Origin: Anolis carolinensis
Lineage: Eukaryota
Assembly: GCF_035594765.1 (NCBI RefSeq)
Contig: NW_026943826.1
Coordinates: forward strand, 11,521,198 to 11,585,197
Length of the DNA stretch: 64,000 nt
Direction of reading: 5' to 3'
Below, piece by piece: positions 1 to 12,500 of this stretch. Every line of letters begins with the position of its first letter. Position 1 is the first letter of the stretch. The notes beneath the pieces are model-generated. The model saw only the letters and a list, made by a program, of their open reading frames with translations. It was not told where the DNA came from and made no database searches. A program made the position numbers and the translations under genes.

Positions 1-104
1 ATAATAATAATAATAATACATCACACAGTCCTAGACACTTGGGAAGTGTTCGACTTGTGGTTTTGTGAAACGAAATCCAGCATATCTATCTTGTTTGCTG
101 GGTC

Positions 105-144
<40 letters not shown>

Positions 145-229
145 ATCACACAGTCCTAGACACTTGGGAAGTGTTCGACTTGTGGTTTTGCGAAACGAAA
201 TCCAGCATATCTATCTTGTTTGCTGGGTC

Positions 230-263
<34 letters not shown>

Positions 264-348
264 ATCACACAGTCCTAGACACTTGGGAAGTGTTCGACTT
301 GTGGTTTTGCGAAACGAAATCCAGCATATCTATCTTGTTTGCTGGGTC

Positions 349-379
<31 letters not shown>

Positions 380-505
380 ATCACACAGTCCTAGACACTT
401 GGGAAGTGTTCGACTTGTGGTTTTGCGAAACGAAATCCAGCATATCTATCTTGTTTGCTGTGCCATACAACGTCGTTGTGTTGATAATAATAATAATAAT
501 AATAA
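1..505 (+). repeat. Tandem array (4 copies) of R4/Dong LINE 3' ends separated by (TAA)n
   Basis: Unit tacatcacacagtcctagacacttgggaagtgttcgacttg...gtttgctg matches the 3' end of the R4-type element at 49262-49939. Confidence 0.75.
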
Positions 506-556
506 CTTTATTTATACCCTGCCACCATCTCCCCGCGGGGACTCAGGGTGGCTTAC

Positions 557-834
557 AACGAGCAGAGGCTGAATGACCATCTATCGGGAGGGCTTTGACT
601 GTGCGTTCCTTAGATGTGGGCTCTTCCAACCCTAGCATGCTATGATCCTCTGCCTTAAAAAAACGAAAACACATGTACCTGCTTTTGGTAGTACTCCCGC
701 ACTGCTTTGGACGCTTTGCTGGGGTGTATTTTGTCGCTGTTCGGAGGCTTCCACAGCACATTCTTTTGCCGGCGGGGCCCCACCTCTTGCAGTTCGTTGA
801 AGCCCTTCTGCATCAAGGTGAACGCTTTCTCCAT
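557..834 (-). CDS. CCDC27: First coding exons of a CCDC27-like coiled-coil protein gene (continues beyond left edge)
   Basis: Exon 932-679 (acceptor tttcccatgcAG; in-frame TGA upstream; Kozak gagATGG at 834) encodes MEKAFTLMQKGFNELQEVGPRRQKNVLWKPPNSDKIHPSKASKAVREYYQKQ, resembling recalled human CCDC27 MARALVLLQ...WKP...LSKSVQTISRYYRK. Next segment 653-557 AEDHSMLG...SASAR ends at a GTAAGC donor. Candidate 5'UTR exon ends at 3925 (AAG|gtgagc). Identity is from memory only. Confidence 0.5.
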
Positions 835-1178
835 CTCGGTTCTCAGCTCTGGTGGCTCAGGAAAACATAATCGAAAGAGCCACAAACAGTTTCAGAAGAA
901 TAGGAGGCTCGTAAGACGTTGCTCGGCACTCGCTGCATGGGAAATAATATTATATTATTAGCTTAGCACAATATAAGCATTATATCTTACTATATTGTAC
1001 TATACCATCATACTGTAAAAATTAAATAATATGACGTGTAATATATAATATACAATTATAATAGTGTACAATATATTATTGTTAGCAATATGACATGTAA
1101 TATATAATCAATATTATTATACTGTATTATTATTAATATATTGTATTACATTATATTATTATCTATATTATATGTACA

Positions 1179-1717
1179 TCTATATATATAAAAGAGTGAT
1201 GGCATCAGGGCAGCGGACAAAACAACAAAACTACAGGACCCCCAACCTTGAAATTTGACAACACAACCCATCATTCACGGCTCTAGGTTGATACAACAAA
1301 AAGAAAAGAAAAATAAAGTCCTAATTACAGGGAGAGGAATAATAGTTTTTATCCAATTGCTGCCAGTTTGAAGGCTAAGCTCCACCCACTTGGTCTCCTA
1401 GCAATGTACTCAGCCCAGGGGACAGGCACAGTTAGGCCTCACTTAGGCCTCTTCCACAGATTATCAGATTTTAACTGGATTATATGGCAGTGTAGACTCA
1501 AGGCCCTTCCACACAGCTATATAACCCATTTAGAATCTTATATTATCTGCTTTGAACTGGATTATCTTGACTCCACACTGCCATATAATCCACTTCAGTG
1601 TGCATACGAAACATAAAGACAACCATACAACAGACATTCAATACCACCACTACCTCAACAATTTCTCACCAACACCACCAGACAACACCACAGCAACGCG
1701 TGGCCGGGCACAGCTAG
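1179..1717 (+). mobile_element. Non-autonomous Helitron
   Basis: 5' TC, 3' CTAG, subterminal hairpin ccac-agcaacgc-gtgg. Inserted between A1178 and T1718 with no TSD; removing it restores the flanking satellite unit tgtaca|tataat. Confidence 0.85.
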
Positions 1718-1853
1718 TATAATATATTATTGTTAGCAATATGACATGTATTATATAATTAATACTATTATATTGTATTATTATTAATATGTTGTATTAC
1801 ATTCCAATAGTATTGTCTATATTATATGTATATATGTATATATGTTTACAATA

Positions 1854-2176
1854 CAGTAGAGTCTCACTTATCCAACATAAACGGGCCAGCAGAACGTTGG
1901 ATAAGTGAATATGTTGGATAATAAGGAGGGATTAAGGAAAAGCCTATTACACATCAAATTAAGTTATGATTTTACAAATTAAGCACTAAAACATAATGTT
2001 TAACAACAAATTTGACAGAAAAAGTAGTTCAATACGCAGTAATGCTATGTAGTAATTACTGTATTTACGAATTTAGCACCAAAATATCACGATGTATTGA
2101 AAACATTGACTACAAAAATGCGTTGGATAATCCAGAACGTTGGATAAGCGAGTGTTGGATAAGTGAGACTCTACTG
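1854..2176. mobile_element. Tc1/mariner-pogo-type MITE
   Basis: TIRs cagtagagtctcacttatccaac / gttggataagtgagactctactg flanked by TA on both sides. Confidence 0.85.
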
Positions 2177-2179
2177 TAT

Positions 2180-3570
2180 GTATACAATATATTATTGTTA
2201 GCAATATGGCATGTATTATATAATTAATATTATTATACTGTATTATTATTAATATATTGTATTACATTCTAATAGTATTGTCTATATTATATGTATATAT
2301 GTATACAATATGTATACAATATATTATTATTAGCAATATGACATGTAATATATAATGATTATTATACTGTATTATTATTAATATATTGTATTACATTATA
2401 TTATTTATATTATGTGTACATATATTATTGTTAGCAATATGACATGTAGTATTTAATATTATTATACTGTATTATTATTAATATATTGTATTACATTATA
2501 TTATTTATATTATATGTACATACAATATATTATTGTTAGCAATATGACATGTAATATATAATTAATATTATTATACTGTATTATGATTAATATATTGTAT
2601 TACATTATATTATTGTCAATATTATATGTACATATATTATTGTTAGCAATATGACATGTAATATATAATTAATATTATTATACTGTATTATAATATTATT
2701 TATATGTACATACAATATATTATTGTTAGCAATATGACATGTAGTATATAATTAATACTAATATAATTAATATAATATAAATAATATTAGAATGTAATAC
2801 AATATATTAATAATAATACATTTATATTATATGTACATACAATATATTATTGTTAGCAATATGACATGTAGTATATAATTAATACTAATATAATTAATAT
2901 AATATAAATAATATTAGAATGTAATACAATTTATTAATAATAATACATTTATATTATATGTACATACAATATATTATTGTTAGCAATATGACATGTAATA
3001 TATAATTAATATTAATATATTGTATTATTATTAATATATTGTATTACATTCTAATTTTATTTATATGTACATATATTATTGTTAGCAATATGACATGTAA
3101 TATATAATTAATATTATTATATTGTATTATTATTAATATATTGTATTACATTATATTATTTATATGTACATATAATATATTATTGTTAGCAATATGAAAT
3201 GTAATATATAATAATTATTATTATTATATTGTATTATTATTAATATATTGTATTACATTATAATATTATTTATATGTACATATAATATATTATTGTTAGC
3301 AATATGACATGTAATATATAATTAATATTATTATATTGTATTATTATTAATATATTATATTACATTATAATATTATTTATATTATATATTATTGTTAGCA
3401 ATATGAAATGTAATATATAATTAATATTATTATATTGTATTATTATTAATATATTGTATTACATTCTAATATTATTTATATTATATGTACATATATTATT
3501 GTTAGCAATATGACATGTAATATATAATTAATATTATTATATTTTAATATTATTAATATATTGTATTACA
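2180..3570. repeat. AT-rich tandem repeat
   Basis: Recurrent attattgttagcaatatgacatgtaatatata unit with variable ~100-120 bp period. Confidence 0.85.
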
Positions 3571-3929
3571 TTCTAATACTGTTGTCTATATATGTATATA
3601 TCATTATATTTTACAATTATAAATATATTATTTTATTTCATTGTATATTATATACAATATACTATATAGGTACAATGCATATTATTAGCACAGTATGTTA
3701 TGTTTATAATTTTGTTTGCGCTTTTAAATACATTATAACTGTATCCTCCGTTCTGACACAATAAATAAATAAATCATAATAAACAAAAGGGAGAAGGGGC
3801 GTGGCCTATCCGTGTGGGCGTGGCCAAAGCCTGACTAGCCAAAGCTTTCTGTATTATTGTCGAATTTCTCTCTCTCTTGTTTAAGACAATATCTCGCTTC
3901 GTTCCCTTTTGAAGTTCTGCTCACCTTCC

Positions 3930-4200
3930 CGGCCCAGCGAAGGCCTCTCCGGCTCGTATTTTCACTCAAGAAGGCGGCCGAAGGCGGCGAGGAAAAGCTA
4001 GGCCCGACGCGGTTGCCTTAGCAACGCCTTTTGAGGCCCACACTTCCGGCGAGGCCTCTGCTCGAGCGGCCCGTGCACGTGACCTCCGTCTCGCTCTCCG
4101 ATTGGTCCGGAGCGCGAAAGCCATGCTTGCTAACGCTGGGGGAGCATTCTACGCATGCGCAGTGAGTTCAACATGGCTGCCTTTGCCTCGAGGTTGTAAT
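3930..4200. promoter_or_regulatory. CpG-rich bidirectional promoter (CCDC27-like / MRPS16)
   Basis: CpG-rich island between AT-rich flanks. RFX X-box GTTGCCTTAGCAAC 4012-4025, ETS CACTTCCGG 4041-4049, E-box CACGTGAC 4076-4083, inverted CCAAT 4101-4105, NRF1-like ACGCATGCGCA 4151-4161, YY1-like CAACATGGCTGC 4169-4180. Confidence 0.75.
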
Positions 4201-4283
4201 TCGAGGTCTCTGGTCTGCTTGAAAGTAACTTCTCGACAGAGAAGACGAATTAGGAATATCTAATTACTTCTCTTCCCTCCATT

Positions 4284-7200
4284 ATGGTTCAATTGGGTAA
4301 GTGAGATTGATTATTAATTGCTCGATGTCATCTTAATGTTGCCAGCTAAGCAGGGACAGGCCTGGTTGGTCTTTGGATGGGAAGATCTGACCATGATATT
4401 TTAATATTTCCAAGGTTTTTTAATGGCAGGAATAGTTTGCCTTTCTTGCCATTTATATGTAAGGTAAACTATTATATTATTATTTTATTATATGTATTTA
4501 TTTCTGTATTATTATTATTTTACTTATTTATTTCTGTATTATTTCATTTATTTCTGCATTATTTATTTATTTCTATATTATTATTTTATTTTACTATTTT
4601 TTTATTTCTGTATTATTTTATTTTTATTTCTGTCTTACTATTTTATTTTAGTATTTATTTATTTCTGTATTATTTTATTTTTATTTCTGTCTTACTATTT
4701 TATTTTATTATTTATTTCTGTATTATTATTTTATTTCTGTATTTCTGTGATATTATTTCATTTATTTATTTCCGTCTTACTGTTTTATTTATTTATTTTG
4801 TATTATTTTTTATTTCTGCCTTGCCATTTTATTTATTTATTTTTGAATTATTATTTTATTTATTTATTTCTGTCTTACTATTTTGTTTTATTATTTTTTA
4901 TTTCTGTATTATTATTTTTTATTTCTGTATTATTATTTTATTTCATTATTTTATTTATTTCTGTATTTTTTATTTTTTATTTGCAACATTTATATTCCGC
5001 CCTTCTCACTCCGAATATATTGTACATACAATATATTATAGCATAATATAATATATTACTATATTGTACCATACCACTATACTGCAATATTATTAGTAAT
5101 ATTACATGTAATATATAATATACAATTATAATAGTGTATTATTATATTACATTATATTATTATCAACATTATATTTATATACAATATATATTAGCATAGC
5201 CCAATATAAACACTATATATAACTATATTGTACTATACCACAATATTATTAGTAACATTACATGTAAAATATAATATACAATTATAATAATGTATTATTA
5301 TAATACAATATGTATTATTAATGTTTTTAAGTATTGTATAATGTTTTTATTAAGCAATTTTTTATCCTGTATTTTTGTTTTAATTGATATATTGTATTAC
5401 TGTTTTATCTTTTTATAGTGTGATTTGTATTATGTTGTTTATGTTTTGTTCTATGTTGTTTGTATAATATACAATTATAATAGTTTATTATTATATTGTA
5501 TTACATTATAATATTATCAATATATGCATATACAATATATTATATTATTGGCATAGCACAATATAAACACTATATATATATACTAGCTGTGCCCGGCCAC
5601 GCGTTGCTGTGGCAAAGTGGTGGTGGTATTGGTTAAAAATTGTTGTGTAATTTTTATTTGACGTTATTTGTATTTTTAAATTATTTTTATTGTAAGTTAT
5701 CTTTTTATTTATTATATTTTATTATTTTCTTGTATTATTTTTAGTTATTTTCTGTTATTATAGTATTTTATTGTATTTATATTTTAGTGTTTTTAATTAT
5801 TTTTAGTGTTTTTTATTATTTTTTATTGGGTTGCTAGGAGACCAAGTGGACGGAGCTTAGCCTTCTAACTGGCAGCAATTGGATAAAAGCAATTATTCCT
5901 CTCCCTCTAATTAGGACTTTATTTTTCTTTTCTTTTTGTTGTATCAACCTAGAGGCGTGGATGAGGGGTTGTGTTGTCAAATTTCGAGGTTGGGGGGCCT
6001 GTAGTTTTGTTGTTTTGTGGGTCGCCGTGATGCCATCACTCTTTTATATATATAGATAACTATATTGTACTATACCACAATATTATGAGTAACATTACAT
6101 GTAAAATATAATATACAATTATAATAGTGTATTATTATTACAGTATTACTATATTGTATTACATTATATTAGGATAGCATAATATTAGTATTATATATTA
6201 TTATATTGTTATACTAGCTGTGCCCGGCCACGCGCTGCTGTGGCTTGTCTGGTGGTGTTGGTGAGAAATTGTTGAGGTAGTGGTGGTATTGAATGTCTGT
6301 TGTATGGTTGTCTTTATGTTTAGTATTCACACTGAAGTGGATTATATGGCAGTGTGGAGTCAAGATAATCCAGTTCAAAGCAGATTAATATAAGATTCTA
6401 AATGGGTTATATAGCTGTGTGGAAGGGCCTTGAGTCTACACTGCCATATAATCCAGTTAAAATCTGATAATCTGTGGAAGAGGCCTAAGTGAGGCCTAAG
6501 TCTTCCTGTCCCCTGGGCTGAGGAGGTTGCTAGGAGACCAAGTGGGCGGAGCTTAGCCTTCTAACTGGCAGCAATTGGATAAAAACTATTATTCCTCTCC
6601 CTGTAATTAGGACTTGATTTTTCTTTTCTTTTTGTTGTATCAACCTAGAGCCGTGAATTATGGGTTGTGGTGTCAAATTTCAAGGTTGGGGGGCCTGTAG
6701 TTTTGTTGTTTTGTCCGCTGCCCTGATGCCATCACTCTTTTATATATATAGACTAGCTGTGCCCGGCCACGCGTTGCTGTGGCAAAGTGGTGGCGATATT
6801 GGTTAAAAATTGTTGTGTAATTTTTATTTGACGTTATTTGCAATGTTTTTATTAATTTCATTGTAAATTATATTTTTATTTATTATATTTTATTATTTTC
6901 TTGTATTATTTTTTAGTTATTTTCTGTTATTATAGTATTTTCTTGTATTATTTTTTTAGTGTTTTTAATTGTTTTTTATTGGGTTGCTAGGAGACCAAGT
7001 TGGAGGAGCTTAGCCTTCTAACTGGCAGCAATTGGATAAAAGCAATTATTCCTCTCTCTCTAATTAGGACTTTATTTTTCTTTTCTTTTTGTTGTATCAA
7101 CCTAGAGGCGTGGATGATGGGTTGTGTTGTCAATTTTCGAGGTTGTGGGGTGTTTACTTTTGTTGTTTTGTCCGCTGCCGTGATGCCATCACTCTTTTAT

Positions 7201-8261
7201 ATATATAGATTGACACAGGAGACATATTGGAATGGTGTCTTCCTGGCATACTTTGATTTTATGTACAGAGAGAACATATCCGTGGTCTCGCTTGCAGGGC
7301 GGCCCCTCTTGAAGCAGTACTACAACCTCCACGTCGTCATCCGCTTTGCCCTCGGGGGCTGCGCCAACAGGCCGTACTATCGGATCGTTGCCGCGCACAA
7401 CAAGCGGGCCCGGGATGGCAAGTACTTGGAGCAGGTCGGCTGCTACGACCCGCTCCCCAATGACCACGGGGAGAAGATCGTGGGCTTGAACATCGAGCGG
7501 ATCAAATACTGGATCGCCAGCGGGGCCCTCCTCAGCAAACCTATGGAAAAACTTTTAGGTAATATGGTGTAAAGAACTTAGGTGGCAGAGGATGGAATCC
7601 CCTTTGAATCCCACCGCTGCCACCAATTAACGTGGAGACTTGATGTAGCAGGGAATGGAATCCCTTTAGAATCCCTCGGCTTTGCCACCAATATGTATAG
7701 AGGTGAGGTGTCTGACGGGAACGTGTGGCCGAGATGGAACCCTTTTGATCCCACACACGCACACACACAGATACCACCACTTAATGAAGATGTCTTATGA
7801 GAGATGATGTTAATTAATGATTTGTTTGATTATCTTCTTCGCTGCCACCAATGGAGAGACGTCAGGCAGATGGCACTGGTTCCTTTAAGCTTTCTCTATT
7901 TGTTTTACTTCAGATGTTGGTGTTGCTTAATTTAATATGAGAGTATGACAGAGGCTTGATTAGAATAAATAAATTGCAGGTACAGAGCTTGATGGTTTCA
8001 GATAACTTGGTAAAGGCACTTCGCTTAATGGTTACAAACGGTTATGAGGTGGTTAAACTTCTGTAATATTCTGTAATAATAATAATATAATTATTGGGTT
8101 GCTAAATGATAATAAGGTGTACATTTGGTTCCCTAGGGCTGTCTGGGTTCTTTCCTCTCCATCCCATGACCATCACAAATGCGGAAAGAGCGAAGAGGCG
8201 AAGAGCCCGGGAGGCCGAAAGGGCTGCTGCGGAGGAAGAGCCGGTTGCCATCAAAGAGTGA
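4284..8261 (+). CDS. MRPS16: Mitochondrial ribosomal protein S16 (bS16m), 132 aa, 3 exons
   Basis: Exons 4284-4296, 7298-7558, 8137-8261 (399 nt, GT-AG). [109 protein letters not shown]... matches S16. ATTAAA at 8447-8452. Confidence 0.96.
4344..4385 (+). pseudogene. 5S rRNA-derived fragment (SINE3-type head)
   Basis: agctaagcagggacaggcctggttggtctttggatggga resembles the 5S internal control region (box A to box C). Confidence 0.55.
4470..5000. repeat. T-rich low-complexity repeat
   Basis: Degenerate tttatttctgtattattatt units. Confidence 0.8.
5583..6056 (-). mobile_element. Non-autonomous Helitron
   Basis: Same termini as 1179-1717 in reverse (TC...gccacagcaacgcgtggccgggcacagCTAG), A|T target. 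Confidence 0.85.
6214..6752 (-). mobile_element. Non-autonomous Helitron (subfamily of 1179-1717)
   Basis: Near-identical reverse complement of 1179-1717. Confidence 0.85.
6753..7209 (-). mobile_element. Non-autonomous Helitron (subfamily of 5583-6056), abutting the previous copy
   Basis: TC/CTAG termini; CTAG joined directly to the TC of the 6214-6752 copy. Confidence 0.85.
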
Positions 8262-8571
8262 AACCCAAATGGACATTTGCAAAGAACTTTCCGTATCCGC
8301 TCAAAGGGCAGAAGTGCTGCAGGAGACTCAGTTCCCGGAGTTTGAAGAGTTGTAGTACTTTATTACAACGAGGATTTAAAACAGTTTGATTCTTCACTGG
8401 ACGGTTCTGTGTACATTTCTGCAGATTGTGAAATACTAAAAAGGATATTAAAAACGGGACACTTGAGATTATTTTTTTAAAGACTGCACTCATTTAAAGT
8501 TCCTTAAAAGTTCCTTAAAAGTTTGGGTGGGAGTTCGTGTTCTTTATGTTTCTATTTCAAATATTACTTTT

Positions 8572-9255
8572 ATCAGGTTGCTGTGAGTTTTCGGGGCTGT
8601 CTGGCCATGTTCCAGAAGTAAACACCTCCCGACATAGGATTCCCCCCCAGGCAGGAGGCAGCCAGGCTTTGAAACTGCAAATCCGGTGACCAGTATTTTA
8701 AAAAAAAAATTCTTAAAGCTTTTATCAGGTTGCTGTGAGTTTTCAGGGCTGTCTGGCCGTGTTCCAGAAATAAACACCTCCCGACATAGGATTCCCCCCC
8801 AGGCAGGAGGCAGCCAGGCTTTGAAACTGCAAATCCGGTGACCAGTATTTTTTTTAAAAAAAAATTCTAAAAGCTTTGATCAGGTTGCTGTGAGTTTTCG
8901 GGGCCGTCTGGCCATGTTCCAGAAGTAAACACCTCCCGACATAGGATTCCCCCCCCCCCCCAAACAAAAAATGCTGCCAGGAAATACAGGAAGCAGCCAG
9001 GCTTTGAAGCTGCAAGGCTATTCGATGCTAATCAAGCTGGCCAATGGCAACACTGCAAGACAAAGAGTTCTTTCTCCCAACCTGGAGATATATAAACTCC
9101 ACTTGCCTAGTTTCCAACAGACCTCACAACCTCTGAGGATGCCTGCCACAGATGTGGGCGAAACGTCAGGAGAGAATGCTTCTGGGACATGACCAGACAG
9201 TTCACAAAACTAACAGCAACGCAGTGATTCCGGCCATGAAAGCCTTCGACAAAAC
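8572..9255 (+). mobile_element. Penelope-like element remnant with inverted pseudo-LTR segment (5' part triplicated)
   Basis: gttgctgtgagttttcggggctgtctggccatgttccagaag (three copies, 8577-8930) is the reverse complement of the ~9180-9220 segment. Same family at 43935-44105 and 41985-42070. Carries a hammerhead core. Confidence 0.7.
9130..9170 (+). ncRNA. Minimal type I hammerhead ribozyme motif (Penelope-associated)
   Basis: CCU-CUGAGGA-U-GCCUGC(cacagau)GUGGGC-GAAAC-GUC-AGG: core boxes, 6-bp stem II, palindromic ACGU in place of stem III; predicted cleavage after C9167. Confidence 0.65.
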
Positions 9256-9548
9256 ACTGCTTTTTATCAATTCAGAAAAGCCATAATAATAATAATAATA
9301 ATAAATTTTAGTTCTGACCCAGAGTTAGAATATAAAAATATTAGATTATTAAAAGACATAGTTAAAATTAAAACATTAACATAATGCATATGAATCAAAT
9401 GGAAGTGTAAATTAGTCTAGCTGTGTTGCAATACTATTGCATCGAATGCATTCAGTTGTAAACTTTGGGCAAGTTTGGTCCGTAAACACATTCGAAAGTA
9501 TATGCTGATCCGGATTGGTTCTGGAATATTCCCAAACTGGTCTCCTTG

Positions 9549-12500
9549 TCATCGCTCGAGGAACACAACCCGGTTTTCCCGCCGGGATTTCTCTGCTTCG
9601 AATACGAGGAGGTGGGAACGCAAAGTATCTTCTGGACCGGTCTGGATCAGAGACGGGTTATTCTCCTGTGCAGAAAAATGTAAACAAAGGTTCAGAACCT
9701 ATGGAAGGCCAAGAGCCAGTCTTCCATGTAAGGATTGTTTACAAACACAAACAAGTAGCTTGCATTAATGCACGCACATTCGATATACACATTTCCTTAT
9801 ATGCTGGACCTTCCTTATGGTAAGTAGAGTCAACGGTGGGCGGAGCTAATCGTAAGTTGAGTCAATGGTGGGCGGAGCTAATTGTAAGTTGAGTCAACAG
9901 TAGGTGGAGCTAATCGTAAGTAAACGGGTGGAGCTAATGGTAAGTAGAGTCAACGGTGGGTGGTGCTAATTGTAAGTAGAGCCAACAGTGGGTAGAGCTA
10001 AAGGTAGGCAATGGTGGGTGGAGCTAATAGTAAGTAGAGTCAACGGTGGGTGGAGCTAATCGTAAGTTGAGTCAACGGTGGGTGGAGCTAATCGTAAGTA
10101 GAGTCAACGGTGGGTGGAGCTAATCGTAAGTTGAGTCAACGGTGGGTGGAGCTAATCGTAAGTAAATGGTGGGCGGAGCTAATGGTAAGTAGAGCCAACT
10201 GGGGGTGGAGCTAATCGTAAGTAGAGTCAACGGTGGGTGGAGCTAATGGTAAGTAGAGTCAACGGTGGGTGGAGCTAATGGTAAGTAGAGTCAACGGTGG
10301 GTGGAGCTAATGGTAAATAGAGTCAACGGTGGGTGGAGCTAATGGTAAGTCGAGTCAACGGTGGGTGGAGCTAATGGTAAATAGAGTCAACGGTGGGTGG
10401 AGCTAATGGTAAGTAGAGTCAACGGTGGGTGGAGCTAATGGTAAATAGTCAACGGTGGGTGGAGCTAATGGTAAGTAGAGTCAACGGTGGGTGGAGCTAA
10501 TGGTAAATAGTCAACGGTGGGTGGAGCTAATGGTAAGTAGAGTCAACGGTGGGTGGAGCTAATGGTAAATAGTCAACGGTGGGTGGAGCTAATGGTAAGT
10601 AGAGTCAACGGTGGGTGGAGCTAATTGTAAGTTGAGTCAACGGTGGGTGGAGCTAATCGTAAGTAAACGGTGGGTGGAGCTAATGGTAAGTACAGCCAAC
10701 TGGGGGTGGAGCTAATCATAAGTAGAGTCAACAGTGGGTGGAGCTAATGGCATGTAGAGTCAACGGTGGGTGGAGCTAATCGTAAGTAAACGGTGGGTGG
10801 AGCTAATGGTAAGTACAGCCAACTGGGGGTGGAGCTAATCATAAGTAGAGTCAACAGTGGGTGGAGCTAATGGTATGTAGAGTCAACGGTGGGTGGAGCT
10901 AATCGTAAGTAAACGGTGGGCGGAGCTAATGGTAAGTACAGCCAACTGGGGGTGGAGCTAATCGTAAGTAGAGTCAACAGTGGGTGGAGCTAATGGCATG
11001 TAGAGTCAACGGTGGGTGGAGCTAATGGTAAGTACAGTCAATGATGGGTGGAGCTAATCGTAAGTAGAGTCAACGGTGGGTGGAGCTAATAGTAAACAGA
11101 GCCAATGGTGAGTGGAACTAATGATAAGCAGAGCCAACAGTGGGTGGAGCTAACAGATAGAGCCAGTGGTGGGTGGAGCTAATGATAGGTAGAGCCAATG
11201 GTGTGTGACGACAACAGTGGGCGGAGCCAGACTGCACTGTAATGCTCCTGTCTATACACCATGAGAAATACATTTATTTAGAACTAACGGTGTGAATCAA
11301 TTAATCCCAAGTATAGTAGAGCCAATGGAAATAATTTAACACTGGTTGAAAACCTAAAGCAAAGGAGCAAAGCTGTCTTCTGGCTTCCTCACTTCGTTGG
11401 GAACCCAACTGCCACTTGAGCTCCGCCTCTGGCTCAAAAGGCTTCTACAGGAAACACACAATCACTCACTTAACTGCTAACCTAAACTAAAGAGAATTAA
11501 AGGCGAAAAGGTTGGGGAAACGTACAGCTACCGCCGAAACGAAGCTCTCTATCAAGTAGAAGTCGGCACCATCGTGGGCACTCAAACTCGCCGGGACGGA
11601 GGAGACTTTCTCTGGGAAAAAGGTGGTTTTCTCCTTCTCCAGGAAACGGAAGACTTCCACGGGCCCGCCGCCTTCGCAGTGGAGCTCTCCCTGAAAAAGA
11701 TAAACAGCTTCGCTCTCACAGAGCCTTCTCTCACACCGAACGTACACAGGAGCTTCACACACAGCAGCCTTCACACTGGAGCTTCACACATGAGGCCGGC
11801 TCATACTGAGGCCTCTCTCACACTGAGGCGGAGCCAATGGTGGGTGGAGCTAACGGTAGATGGAACTAATGGGTGGAGCTAACAGGTGGCGCCAATGGTG
11901 GGTGGAGCTAAATGTAAGCAGAGCCAACGGTGGGTGGAGTTAATGGTAGGTGGAACTAATAAGTGGAGCTAACAGATGGAGCCAACGGTGGGTGGAGCTA
12001 ATAGTAAACAGAGCCAACGATGGGTGGAGCAAATGGTAGGAGGAGCCAATGGTGGGTGGAGCTAATGGTAGGCGGAACTAATAAGTGGAGCTAACAGAGG
12101 AGCCAATGGTGGGTGGAGCTAATGGTAGGCGGAATTAATAAGTGGAGCTAACAGATGGAGCCAATGGTGGGTGGAGCTAATGGTGGGTGGAGCTAATGGT
12201 AGTTGGAGCCAACGGTGGGTGGAGTTAATGGTAGACAGAGCCAACGTTGGGTGGAGCTAATGGTAGGCGGAATTAATAAATGGAGCTAACAGATGGAGCC
12301 AATGGTGGGTGGAGCTAATGGTAGTTGAAGCCAATGGTGGGTGGAGTTAATGGTAGATGGAGCCAACGTTGGGTGGAGCTAATGGTAGACGGCATTAGTA
12401 CGTGGAGCTAACAGATGGAGCCAATGGTGGGTGGAGCTAATGGTGGGTGAAGCTAATGGTAGTTGGAGCCAACGGTGGGTGGAGTTAATGGTAGACAGAG

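Noticed and set aside
4377-5051. F/Y/I/L-rich membrane-like ORFs
   Set aside because: T-rich low complexity in MRPS16 intron 1.
7000-7297. N-terminal extension of MRPS16 in the ORF track
   Set aside because: Helitron and intron sequence; the true exon starts at 7298 after ttgcAG and exon 1 is 4284-4296.
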